Of a stretch of 62,974 nt of DNA, positions 9,241-18,335 are shown piece by piece (the first letter of the stretch is position 1; the number at the start of each line of letters is the position of its first letter). The stretch is from a virus (lineage: Duplodnaviria > Caudoviricetes), in IMG/VR virus record IMGVR_UViG_3300017989_000118, positions 1-62,974 of that record; one strand, given 5' to 3'. Under the pieces are notes generated by a model. That model was not told the DNA's origin and did not search any database. It saw nothing but the letters and a program-made list of their open reading frames with translations. The translations under genes and the position numbers were made by a program.

Positions 9241-11471
9241 TCATACCAGCGTCGGGCAACGCCGATTACACCGCCTTGGCGGTGGAGTCGGTGAGGCGCA
9301 ACACCAGCGGCGCGATGGTGGTGATTGTTGAGACGGATTCGAGCGTCGTCTGGGAGGAAGCGGAGGACTTAGCCGTACTCCGGCTGGGCGCGTTCGAGTC
9401 GTTCAGCGACAGCGTGAACAGGGGCATCGAGTTCGGCCTGGCGAAGCTGGACTTCGAGTACATCGTGCTCCTGAACAACGACACGGTGCCGGCGAAGGGG
9501 TGGCTCCCGCCGCTCCAGCAGGCCCTAGACGACGGCTTCTGCGTGGCGGGTCCGGTCACCAACTCCTGCGGGCACGGCGAGCAGGTGGTGCATCCGGCGT
9601 TCTCCTGCACGGAACCCAGCGAGGTCAACCATGAGGCGATGGACAGGTTTGCCGACTCCCTAGAGCCGTCCAGGTCACCCGTCTTCGCCGTCGTCGGCAT
9701 GTGCATGGCCTTCAGGTCCGACCTGCTGGGGTCCATAGGCATGCTTGACAGGAGGTTCCGCGTAGGGAACTTCGAGGACAACGACTGGTGCCTTCGCGCG
9801 TCCGAGGCCGTCGACAAGGGGTGCTGCGTCTGCCGGGACTCGTTCGTCTGGCATTTTGGGTCGGCGACGTTCCGCGAGTCGGGGTCGTTCGCAGACGCCA
9901 TGGAGTCCAACAGGGTCCGTTTCGAGAGGAAGTGGCTGGGCAGGGCCGACATCCCCAAGAGGCACAACAACTCGATCTACCGTACGCCACGGGTGCCCAT
10001 CTCGCTGTCGCCGATGCCGGGCGACCCCGACGCGACATCCGCAATCGAGCGAGTGGCGTCGGAGATGCGGGCGCGCGGGCTGACAGTGGGCGATGGGCCT
10101 GACATACCGATAGACACCCGAGCCGTGCCCGAGGGGGGTTCGGACCGATTTTACGAGTTCTGCGATTCGGTCGAATGGGCCGCCGTGGAGGCCGCCCTTG
10201 AGGAGTCGGTGTCCGGCAGGCCGGATATATCGGTATGCATGATCGTGAAGGACGAGGAGACGGTGCTCGACAGGTGCCTCAAGTCCGTCGCCCCGCTAGC
10301 CAAACAACTGGTGGTGGTGGACACAGGTTCGACGGACGCCACGGTAGCCATAGCCAAGCGCAACGGCGCGGAGGTGTACCATTACGCTGCGGACGGACCC
10401 TTCAACTTCTCCGCTGCAAGGAACCTTTCCCTGTCCAAAGCCAGATGCGGTTGGGTGCTCGTTGTCGATGCGGACGAGTGCCTCCTGCCGGCGGATGTGT
10501 CCGCCATCAAATCGACAGTCGTGTCCGGCAGGGAAGCGGCATACATGATCTCGACTCGCCTGTACCAGGATAACCCCAAAATCGAGGGCATCGTGCCGAA
10601 CGACGGGATGCACCCCGACACGACGGACTATTGCGGTTATGTGCTCAGCACCAAGGTGAGGCTGTGGCCGCGGGAGTCCGGGCTGGAGTTCCGTAACGAG
10701 GTGCATGAGACCGTGGAGCAGTCAGCCGTCGAAGCAGGACTCGACTTCGGGCAATGCGAGGCGATCGTGCATCATTTCGGCGGCAGGAGCCTTTCGGAGA
10801 AGGACGGCCTGTATGCCGAGCTCGGATACGAGAAGGCCCGAAACGATCCCTGCTATAGGACATACAGAGAGCTTGGGCTGCAACTCTACAGGATGGGCAA
10901 GTTCGACGAGGCGGTCGCCGCGATGCGCAAGGCGATCGAGTTCCAGCCCGGAGACGTGGAGTGCACGGTGCTGCTGGCCGCCAGCCTTTCGGCCAGCGGT
11001 GACGAGGGGGCGGCGAAGCAGGCCGAGGAGGCATACCTGTCGGCGCTGAAGTCCGACAGGGACAGCGAGTTGGCCAACAGGTACTACGCCACATTCCTCA
11101 ACCAGCAGGGCAGGTACAAGGAGGCGCATTGGCACTACAGAAAGGTCTCCGACCGCGCGAGGCAGGCGGGCGACGTCAAGACGCTCTGCGATTTCGCGTA
11201 TGTGTGCCAGAATCTAGGCCAGCCGGACGAAGCCATCGAGCTGCTAGAAGCCGCTTCGCGGGTGAACCGACAGTACGTGTGGTCCACAGGTATGCTTGAG
11301 TGTGCGTACCACATGTCCGGCGTGATGGCGGGCAGATCCGGAGACATGCCCAAGGCATCCTCGCGGTTCAGGAAGGCCCTAGAGATCAACCCCGATTTCG
11401 CCGAGGCCAGACACAACCTTGAGATCGCGGAGCGGTGGGCCGCCGCAGACCGCCCCGGCCCCGCTTTGTAA
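9219..11471 (+). CDS. Tandem GT2-GT2 glycosyltransferase with C-terminal TPR repeats
   Basis: Domain 1 LLNNDT...GNFEDNDWC; domain 2 SVCMIVKDEE..L.RCL.SV, VDTGSTD, FSAARN, VDADE, VHE; TPR-like repeats ending ALEINPDFAEARHNL. Confidence 0.92.
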   Translation: MRRDTLIVIPASGNADYTALAVESVRRNTSGAMVVIVETDSSVVWEEAEDLAVLRLGAFESFSDSVNRGIEFGLAKLDFEYIVLLNNDTVPAKGWLPPLQQALDDGFCVAGPVTNSCGHGEQVVHPAFSCTEPSEVNHEAMDRFADSLEPSRSPVFAVVGMCMAFRSDLLGSIGMLDRRFRVGNFEDNDWCLRASEAVDKGCCVCRDSFVWHFGSATFRESGSFADAMESNRVRFERKWLGRADIPKRHNNSIYRTPRVPISLSPMPGDPDATSAIERVASEMRARGLTVGDGPDIPIDTRAVPEGGSDRFYEFCDSVEWAAVEAALEESVSGRPDISVCMIVKDEETVLDRCLKSVAPLAKQLVVVDTGSTDATVAIAKRNGAEVYHYAADGPFNFSAARNLSLSKARCGWVLVVDADECLLPADVSAIKSTVVSGREAAYMISTRLYQDNPKIEGIVPNDGMHPDTTDYCGYVLSTKVRLWPRESGLEFRNEVHETVEQSAVEAGLDFGQCEAIVHHFGGRSLSEKDGLYAELGYEKARNDPCYRTYRELGLQLYRMGKFDEAVAAMRKAIEFQPGDVECTVLLAASLSASGDEGAAKQAEEAYLSALKSDRDSELANRYYATFLNQQGRYKEAHWHYRKVSDRARQAGDVKTLCDFAYVCQNLGQPDEAIELLEAASRVNRQYVWSTGMLECAYHMSGVMAGRSGDMPKASSRFRKALEINPDFAEARHNLEIAERWAAADRPGPAL

Positions 11472-11589
11472 TGTATTACCGATTTTGTGCTGTCTGAGTG
11501 ACCGGGAAAGCCGCATGCGAAGGCGCGGAAAGTGTGTTCGGGCGGGGTTTGCGCTCGAGGAGAGGCTGACCAACGGGAGAGTTCCGGCG

Positions 11590-12357
11590 ATGGCCAAGGG
11601 CTTGACATATGTGGTTGTCGCAGCAGGTGGACTCAGGGTGAAATCCCTCAACACCTTCTGGGCGCACGGGCAGTATGTCGAGATAGACCCCTCCTTCCTG
11701 GCGGTGTGCGACGAGCTGAGGGAGCGCATCACCCAGAAGTTGCTGGTGCCAGTGAGCGCGAACTCCGAATACCGCCAAGGCGGACCAACCGGACTCGTGC
11801 CTTCGGGGGACGAGATGGCCTCCCTCCGCCGCGGCGCGGCCGCAAGAGGACGAGCCCCCGTGGTGGTGAACAACATCAGCCTGGACAGGGACCAGGTCGT
11901 GAGGGATCACCTGAGCGGGAAGAGCATCAAGGCCATGGCCAGAGAGGTCGCGGCCGAGGCGTCGGGGCGAGGTGGCTTCGAGTTCGACGACGGCATCATA
12001 GAGAAAATAGCCGCCCGCGTCGCCGCCATGCTGCCGGCCACGGACCCCGGCGGCGGGCCGGACAAGGATTCCGAAGGACGGATTGCGGCCAAGGTGGCGG
12101 AGATGCTCCTGCCTGCCATACAGGCGTCGGGCCGAGGCCAGGGCGGCATGGCTGGTGAGGAGCCGCAGCGGAAGAAAGGCGTCATCGAGGTAGAAGTCGA
12201 CACCGCGCCGCTCCCGGATATGCGGAAGTCCCGCGAGGACGTCGAAGTCAATCTTGGGGACGACCTCGCCAACAGATCCACCGGGGACAGCGTCGAGGAA
12301 CAGGTGGCGGACATCGAGAGAATACTGAGGGAGCGGGACAAGGAGGAGCAACCATGA
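11590..12357 (+). CDS. Hypothetical protein translationally coupled to the actin-like ATPase
   Basis: ATG behind GGGAGAG; stop overlaps the next ATG (ATGA); internal duplicated (K/R)IAA(R/K)VA(A/E)ML helix. Confidence 0.7.
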   Translation: MAKGLTYVVVAAGGLRVKSLNTFWAHGQYVEIDPSFLAVCDELRERITQKLLVPVSANSEYRQGGPTGLVPSGDEMASLRRGAAARGRAPVVVNNISLDRDQVVRDHLSGKSIKAMAREVAAEASGRGGFEFDDGIIEKIAARVAAMLPATDPGGGPDKDSEGRIAAKVAEMLLPAIQASGRGQGGMAGEEPQRKKGVIEVEVDTAPLPDMRKSREDVEVNLGDDLANRSTGDSVEEQVADIERILRERDKEEQP

Positions 12358-13502
12358 CGGAACAGGCAAACCAGGGAAACAGGCCAGCGCAGGGCGGGAA
12401 GCCTCAACCCCCAGCCCAGAGGCAGCCAGCCCCGGCCCAGCAGCCGGCCCCTGCCACAGAGGTCGAGTTCTCGAAGCCCGCCCCGAACCCGACGGCGCCC
12501 CAAGGCTCCGCGACGCCCGGCACCGGGCTGGACATAGGGACGATGTTCGTCGTCGGCGCCAAGGACATTGGCGGGAAAGCGCATTTCGCCAGCGTACGGG
12601 ACGCGTTCTTCACGCTCGAATACAACGACTTGCTCGTCGACATGATGAAGAAGGCCGGCGTGGACCACATCCGGCGAGGAGACGAGATAGTGGTCGTCGG
12701 GGACAAGTCCATCGAGTTCGCGAACACCTTCCGTGCGGAACTCAGGCGGCCGTTGCAGGATGGCGTGATCAGCCCTAGGGAGAAGGGGGCGTTCGGGATT
12801 ATCGAGATTATACTGGAGAAGGCAATCGGCAAGGCGTCCAAGAAAGGCGAAACCTGCTGCTTCTCGGTGCCGGCCGAGGCGATCGACAAGGAAGACAGCA
12901 ATGTGGTCTTTCACCAGGGCATGTTCTCCCAGTTCGTGGAGAACATCGGCTACTCTCCCAAGCCGCTCAACGAGGCCGAGGCCATCGCGTACTCGGAACT
13001 CACGGGGGACAAGCTGACGGGCCTTGCTCTCTCGTTCGGCGCGGGGATGGTGAACGCGTGCTTCATCATGCTCGGCGTGCCCTACCTCAAGTTCGCGGTA
13101 GCGAGGTCCGGTGACTGGATCGACAGGATGGCCGCAGGCGCGTGCAACTCAACCGTCGCCGCCATAACGGCACTGAAGGAGTCCGGCGACGTTGATCTGG
13201 TCAGCCCCGACGGTTGGGAGCAGAACGCCATAGCGATGTACTACAACGCGCTCATCAAGTACGTCGTGCTCAACCTGAACAGGCAAGTGGAGGAGGAGAA
13301 GCTTCCGAGGCTGAAGGATCCCATCAAGGTCGTGATCAGCGGGGGGTCGTCCCGCATCCGCGGGTTCAAACAGGCGTTCGAGGGCGAGTTCAGGAAGCTC
13401 GACTGGCCGTTCGACATCTCCGAGATTGTAATGGCGAAAGACCCGATGAACGCCGTCGCGAACGGCTGCCTGGTCGCGGCCAAGCTGGCGGAGAAGGGAT
13501 AA
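12354..13502 (+). CDS. Actin-like ATPase (MreB/MamK/ParM superfamily)
   Basis: Phosphate-1 GLDIGT, RRPLQDG, FSVPA, connect-1 LNEAEA, phosphate-2 SFGAG, SGDWID, adenosine VVISGGSS and connect-2 DPMNAVANG; Q/P-rich N-terminal extension. Confidence 0.88.
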   Translation: MTEQANQGNRPAQGGKPQPPAQRQPAPAQQPAPATEVEFSKPAPNPTAPQGSATPGTGLDIGTMFVVGAKDIGGKAHFASVRDAFFTLEYNDLLVDMMKKAGVDHIRRGDEIVVVGDKSIEFANTFRAELRRPLQDGVISPREKGAFGIIEIILEKAIGKASKKGETCCFSVPAEAIDKEDSNVVFHQGMFSQFVENIGYSPKPLNEAEAIAYSELTGDKLTGLALSFGAGMVNACFIMLGVPYLKFAVARSGDWIDRMAAGACNSTVAAITALKESGDVDLVSPDGWEQNAIAMYYNALIKYVVLNLNRQVEEEKLPRLKDPIKVVISGGSSRIRGFKQAFEGEFRKLDWPFDISEIVMAKDPMNAVANGCLVAAKLAEKG

Positions 13503-13506
13503 CAGG

Positions 13507-15021
13507 GTGTCGCACGGGGCGTTCTATCACCGCGGCCCTGCCGAGGTAAAGAGGTTCATCATCGAGGCGCTGCAAGAGCACTTCGCCGAGCACCCCGTGT
13601 ACGCGGACCCGGACGGCCCGGGGCTGCTCGTGCGGAACAAGTTCTCAAGGGACGAGAGACACAAGAGGCAGATCGTCGTCACCACCGCCGCCTCGTCCCC
13701 CCAGAGGCTGGGCCTGTCGGCGGACTTCGGCGGCCAGGTCCACGGCTCCGTGGTATTGGCGAGGCTGAGGGGCCGCAAGGGCACCGCGCTGGAGTGGGTC
13801 GGCGAGAACCCGGTGGAGAAGGCCAGACCCCGCCCCGGCATCTACCTCGTCGAGATGGAGTCGGACACCGAGTTCCGGATCACGCCCCACTACTCCGTTA
13901 GTCACGAGATACTTTACCCCTATGTGGATCGCGCGGACGGCGACAAAGTCAAGGCCACACTGGCGAACAAGCCCGTCGAGGCCCTCAGCGACTTCATCCT
14001 GCTGGACGAGCATCTTCCGCTGGAGCGGGACAAGGACTACACGATCGACTATGCCAGCGGGGTCGTCACATTCGAGGCTCCCATCACCGACGCTCGCATG
14101 ATTTCGGCGGAGTACCGCTGGGTGGGTGAGACAGGCGAGCCGTGTTGCATGACGGGGAGGCACGTGTACGACATAGCCGCCTTGCCCGGCATCATCCTGT
14201 GCTTCGGCCGCAGGGTGCAGGCAGGCAGCCAGCAGGCCATCGTGGTGATGGAGTCCCCGGAGCACATCGCGGACTTCTGGACGGGACGGTGGACGGTTAG
14301 CGTTACTTTGGACATCTACACGCAGGATCCTATCGAGCAGGACGAGCTGGCCGAGGAGGTGGCCCAGGTATTCTGGTACTGGAACGTCGAACGGTGGGCG
14401 GACCAAGGCATGGCCTTGGTGGATCCGCCGGACATATCCGGCGGCACGGAGACCCCGGAGGACGAGATTGCGGACGAGTACAGCTTCGGGAACAGCATCG
14501 GCATGACCGTCGTGGTGGATTGGGAGGCCTTCGTGCCAGTGCTCAGGACGCTCAGAACGGTGAATGTGTCGGGCTACCACGTCTCGCCGTACGATCCGCC
14601 CGCAGACGCCCTGAAGAAAAGCCAGTCGGCCCGTCCGGACGGACAGTTCGGGAACATCGTCGACAGGCGGACCCTGCCCGGACAGGGCGTGCAGCCCGTG
14701 CCGGATATGCGGGGCTACTTCGCTGGGCTGTACGATCCGAGGCTGACCCAGCTTTACCGGGAACTGCTGGATTTCGACGCCTCGCAGGCATCGAAGGCCC
14801 TGATCCAATTCTACGGGTCGGTGGATCCCGCGAACCCGAGCGCGCCCGACTCTCCGGTGAATCTCCCCGAGGTGGTTCCCGTGTCGGAGTTCGCCGATCC
14901 ACCGGCTACTCCGGGCGGCGTGCCGTCGGAACCCGGCGTCTTCTCGGAGGAGGGCGTGATTTCGCTGGACCACCTGCCGCCGGAGCTGAAAGACGAGTTG
15001 AGGCGGCGGACGCGGGGGTGA
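13507..15021 (+). CDS. Putative tail terminator/completion protein with inserted beta-sandwich module
   Basis: Immediately upstream of the sheath; VSVTLDIYTQDPIEQDELAEEV terminator-like motif; KDYTIDYASGVVTF module. Confidence 0.55.
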   Translation: MSHGAFYHRGPAEVKRFIIEALQEHFAEHPVYADPDGPGLLVRNKFSRDERHKRQIVVTTAASSPQRLGLSADFGGQVHGSVVLARLRGRKGTALEWVGENPVEKARPRPGIYLVEMESDTEFRITPHYSVSHEILYPYVDRADGDKVKATLANKPVEALSDFILLDEHLPLERDKDYTIDYASGVVTFEAPITDARMISAEYRWVGETGEPCCMTGRHVYDIAALPGIILCFGRRVQAGSQQAIVVMESPEHIADFWTGRWTVSVTLDIYTQDPIEQDELAEEVAQVFWYWNVERWADQGMALVDPPDISGGTETPEDEIADEYSFGNSIGMTVVVDWEAFVPVLRTLRTVNVSGYHVSPYDPPADALKKSQSARPDGQFGNIVDRRTLPGQGVQPVPDMRGYFAGLYDPRLTQLYRELLDFDASQASKALIQFYGSVDPANPSAPDSPVNLPEVVPVSEFADPPATPGGVPSEPGVFSEEGVISLDHLPPELKDELRRRTRG

Positions 15022-15200
15022 CCTTATTTCGTTTTGCGTCGGCCTGTCCAGGGCGGTCCGGGCGGAGGCCCTCCGGCGCGTTTGATACTGTTTTAGGGCC
15101 GACGCGAGGGCTGCATCCTAAGAAGGTTCGTTGCGCCAGGTAGGCAGGGGCGAACCGGGCAGGTACGGGAGGCTGGTCGACGTGAATTGGAGGCGATAAC

Positions 15201-18200
15201 ATGGCTGGACCTTTTCAGAGCTATGCACCCCCGGGGGTATACACGAGGACGTTGCTCGACCCCGCCGTGGTTGCGCTAATCGGGAACCTTCGTATTCCTG
15301 CCGTGATCGGGACCGGGGAGGAGAGGCTGCGTGTCGATGACTGGCAACTGGTCAGAGGCTCCAGCAACCTCGTGGACCTGCGCGCGTTGAACGAGGACGT
15401 CAGCAGCCAGCTTGACGGTACGAACAACAGGTTCGTCACCAAGCACAGGCCGATTGTGACCGGCCAGAACGCCGGCGAGACGACGACCAACGTCAACGAT
15501 GTCGAGGTGTTCGTCAACGGCAAGAAGACCCCCGTGCTTCAGGTTCGGGGCGAGTCCGGCCTCGTCATCATGCAGAGCATCCCGTTCGAGGACGACATCG
15601 TCACAATCAACTACTACTACATCCTGAAGGACGCAAGGGAAGAGGGCGAGGATGTGAGCGACCAGTTCTCCCGCAACACGGGCGGAACCGGAATCTCGTA
15701 TCTCGGCTCCCCGATTCCGGGTGCCTCCGAGCCGACCCCCGACGCCCACACGCACACGGTCATTCTGGATGTCTCCGGGAACGGCACCACGTCGGTCGGT
15801 CCCGACGGTCACTGGCACGAGGTCGTCAACAACGCTGTCGGGCTTCCGATTGACCCCGAGACCGAGCTTCCGATCCAGGAGCACCACATCCACGACATCG
15901 TCAGCAGGTCGTTCGCCAACAACAGGACGCTTTACACCGCCCACGCCCCGATTGTGGACGGCAGTAACGGCGGCCGCACGACCACGAATCCGGTCGATGT
16001 CCAGGTGTTCGTGAACGGCGACGCAGTCAGGGTGGTGGATGTCGATGGCGCCGAGGGCGCCGTCACGCTGCGGGACGCGCCGTCGGCCACCGACACGGTC
16101 ACGGTCAACTACTACCACAACACGTTCGCCAACACCTGCGACGACCTGCCGTTCCCCGACCCCAACGAGGTCATCCGGTGCGGCATCGCGCCGGGCAGGC
16201 TCGACTACGAGGAGGGCGTGGACTTCACCATCGTCGGGAACCAGATTTGCTGGGGCAACGCCGCGACAATCCGCTCCGGGCTCCACACGCCGGGGTTCGA
16301 GTTCTTCGACGACACCCAAATCCAGACGACCCTCGTGGACGAGAGGATTTGGCGGGAGGATGTCAGCGCCCAGATCAAGCCGGGCAACAACATCTTCACG
16401 GCGAAGTACACCCCCATCGTGAACGGCGACGGCCGCGGCACCATCACGGAGGACCCGCAGAAGGTCATTGTGACGGTCAACGGCGTCGCGGTCCCGGCGG
16501 TCCGCATCGACGGCCGCGAGGGCAAGATTTACCTCAACATCGTGCCGGTGCCGGGCGACGAGGTCCTCGTCACATACTGGCGGAACACGATTGCGGATGA
16601 CGTCTACGAGCTCGAGGTCACGCAGGCGGGCGGAGCCGGCAGCGGCAAGTACACCGTCACCAGCATGGACCTGGGTTCGGTCGGAAGGTGCGATGTCGTG
16701 CCCGCGAGCTTCTCCGGGTTCGATGTTCCGCTGTTCCTCGCCGCGGGCGGCGAGGTCTTCTTCCGCACGGGTCCGATCGCGGGCAAGGGCTTCGCGGTGG
16801 ACGAGTATGTCCGCATCACGTTCACATACGGCGAGAAGTTCGTAGTCGAGTCCTTCGAGGACGAGTTCCTGACGATTCCGAAGACCGGCGGCAGCGGCAC
16901 CGGGCTGACGAACACAGGGCGGACGAACTCGACGTACATCGACTCCGTCACGGGTCTCCAGTTCACGATCAACACCATCGGCGACCCGGTCGTCCCGGCC
17001 ACCGGCGGCATCAAGCCCGGCGCGTCCTTCGTCATGCGGTGCGTGGCCCAGGGCGAGTTCACGGCCGGCACGCGGTTCAACAGGCAGATTCCTGGAATCG
17101 TGTTCACGGTGTCGAACACGGAGGACATCAACGAGAGGATCGGCAGTTCGCCCGGCGACAAGGCCACCATCTCGACATTCAAGAGGGAGGGCAACGAGCC
17201 CGCCGTCAGCGACTTCTACTACATCTCGTACTGGTACGACAAGCAGGACTACTCCTGCAAGCTGTTCACCCAGTTCAACGACGTGGTGGCCGAATACGGC
17301 GAGCTGAAGCCGAAGAACCACCTGACCACGGCGGCGTTCCTGATGTTCCTGAACGGGGCGGTGGCTCTGCTCATGTGCCAGGTCAAACGGCAGCCCGGGC
17401 TGGGGATTGCGGCGTCGTCCTCGTTCCTTGAGGCGTTCGAGGAACTGAAGAAGCCGCAGGAGTTCGGCATCAAGCCGGCGGTGATCACGCCGCTGACCAC
17501 CGACGACACGGTGCTCAACGCCCTGATGCTGCACAACGACATCATGTCGTCCATGCGGTTCCGCAGCGAGCGGATGACCATCTTCGGCGTCCCGGTCGGC
17601 ACCGAGCCGAACGAGGCGGCCGAGAAGGCGCTCTCATACAAGAACGAGCGCATGACCATGGTCTACCCGGACGGCGCGGTCATCGGACTCCTCGACGAGG
17701 AGGGGACCGAGATTGAGCATGTCGTCGGCGGCGAGTACCTTGCCGCGGCGCTTGTCGGGCTGAACGTGTCCCCGGCGTACGACGTGGCCACGCCCATGAC
17801 CAGGAAGACGCTCGCCGGATTCAAGCGGCTCTTCCGCAAGATGGACGAGACCACGATGGACATCGTGGCCAACTCGGGCGTGACCATCATCGAGGACACC
17901 AACCCGGTCCTGCGGGTGCGCCATTGCCTGACGACGAACATGACCAGCGCGTTGACGCGGGAACTCTCGATCCTCACGATCAGGGACTACGTGCAGCAGG
18001 CGATGAGGTTCGCCCTGGAGCAGTACATCGGGCAGAAGTACCTCGCCAAGCTGAACAACGACATCGCCATCACGGCGAACTCGGTCATGCAGCAGTTGAT
18101 CCAGAGGGAGATCATCGTCGCGGCGACGGACGCCAGTGTGCAGACGGACGCGGCTGACCCGACGATGGCGTTGGTGGAGATTTCGTACTCTCCCGTCTTC

Positions 18201-18251
18201 CCGCTGAACTACATCCAGGTCACGTTCAAGCTGCGAGGCAGGCTGTCGTAG
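15201..18251 (+). CDS. Contractile tail sheath protein (1016 aa, with inserted domains)
   Basis: N-terminal YAPPGVYTRT...IPAVIG; C-terminal RELSILTIRDYV...YIGQK...VEISYSPVFPLNYIQVTF sheath signature. Confidence 0.92.
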   Translation: MAGPFQSYAPPGVYTRTLLDPAVVALIGNLRIPAVIGTGEERLRVDDWQLVRGSSNLVDLRALNEDVSSQLDGTNNRFVTKHRPIVTGQNAGETTTNVNDVEVFVNGKKTPVLQVRGESGLVIMQSIPFEDDIVTINYYYILKDAREEGEDVSDQFSRNTGGTGISYLGSPIPGASEPTPDAHTHTVILDVSGNGTTSVGPDGHWHEVVNNAVGLPIDPETELPIQEHHIHDIVSRSFANNRTLYTAHAPIVDGSNGGRTTTNPVDVQVFVNGDAVRVVDVDGAEGAVTLRDAPSATDTVTVNYYHNTFANTCDDLPFPDPNEVIRCGIAPGRLDYEEGVDFTIVGNQICWGNAATIRSGLHTPGFEFFDDTQIQTTLVDERIWREDVSAQIKPGNNIFTAKYTPIVNGDGRGTITEDPQKVIVTVNGVAVPAVRIDGREGKIYLNIVPVPGDEVLVTYWRNTIADDVYELEVTQAGGAGSGKYTVTSMDLGSVGRCDVVPASFSGFDVPLFLAAGGEVFFRTGPIAGKGFAVDEYVRITFTYGEKFVVESFEDEFLTIPKTGGSGTGLTNTGRTNSTYIDSVTGLQFTINTIGDPVVPATGGIKPGASFVMRCVAQGEFTAGTRFNRQIPGIVFTVSNTEDINERIGSSPGDKATISTFKREGNEPAVSDFYYISYWYDKQDYSCKLFTQFNDVVAEYGELKPKNHLTTAAFLMFLNGAVALLMCQVKRQPGLGIAASSSFLEAFEELKKPQEFGIKPAVITPLTTDDTVLNALMLHNDIMSSMRFRSERMTIFGVPVGTEPNEAAEKALSYKNERMTMVYPDGAVIGLLDEEGTEIEHVVGGEYLAAALVGLNVSPAYDVATPMTRKTLAGFKRLFRKMDETTMDIVANSGVTIIEDTNPVLRVRHCLTTNMTSALTRELSILTIRDYVQQAMRFALEQYIGQKYLAKLNNDIAITANSVMQQLIQREIIVAATDASVQTDAADPTMALVEISYSPVFPLNYIQVTFKLRGRLS

Positions 18252-18287
18252 ACCGGGGCGGGCGGCGGATCATGTGAGGAGTGAGGC

Positions 18288-18314
18288 GAACGGGGGCCGC
18301 AAGGCCCCCGTTTC
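18288..18314 (+). terminator. Intrinsic terminator-like hairpin after the sheath gene
   Basis: CGGGGGCC-GCAA-GGCCCCCG stem with a GNRA loop, followed by TTTC. Confidence 0.65.
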
Positions 18315-18335
18315 TCGATACACCGAGGTGACCGC

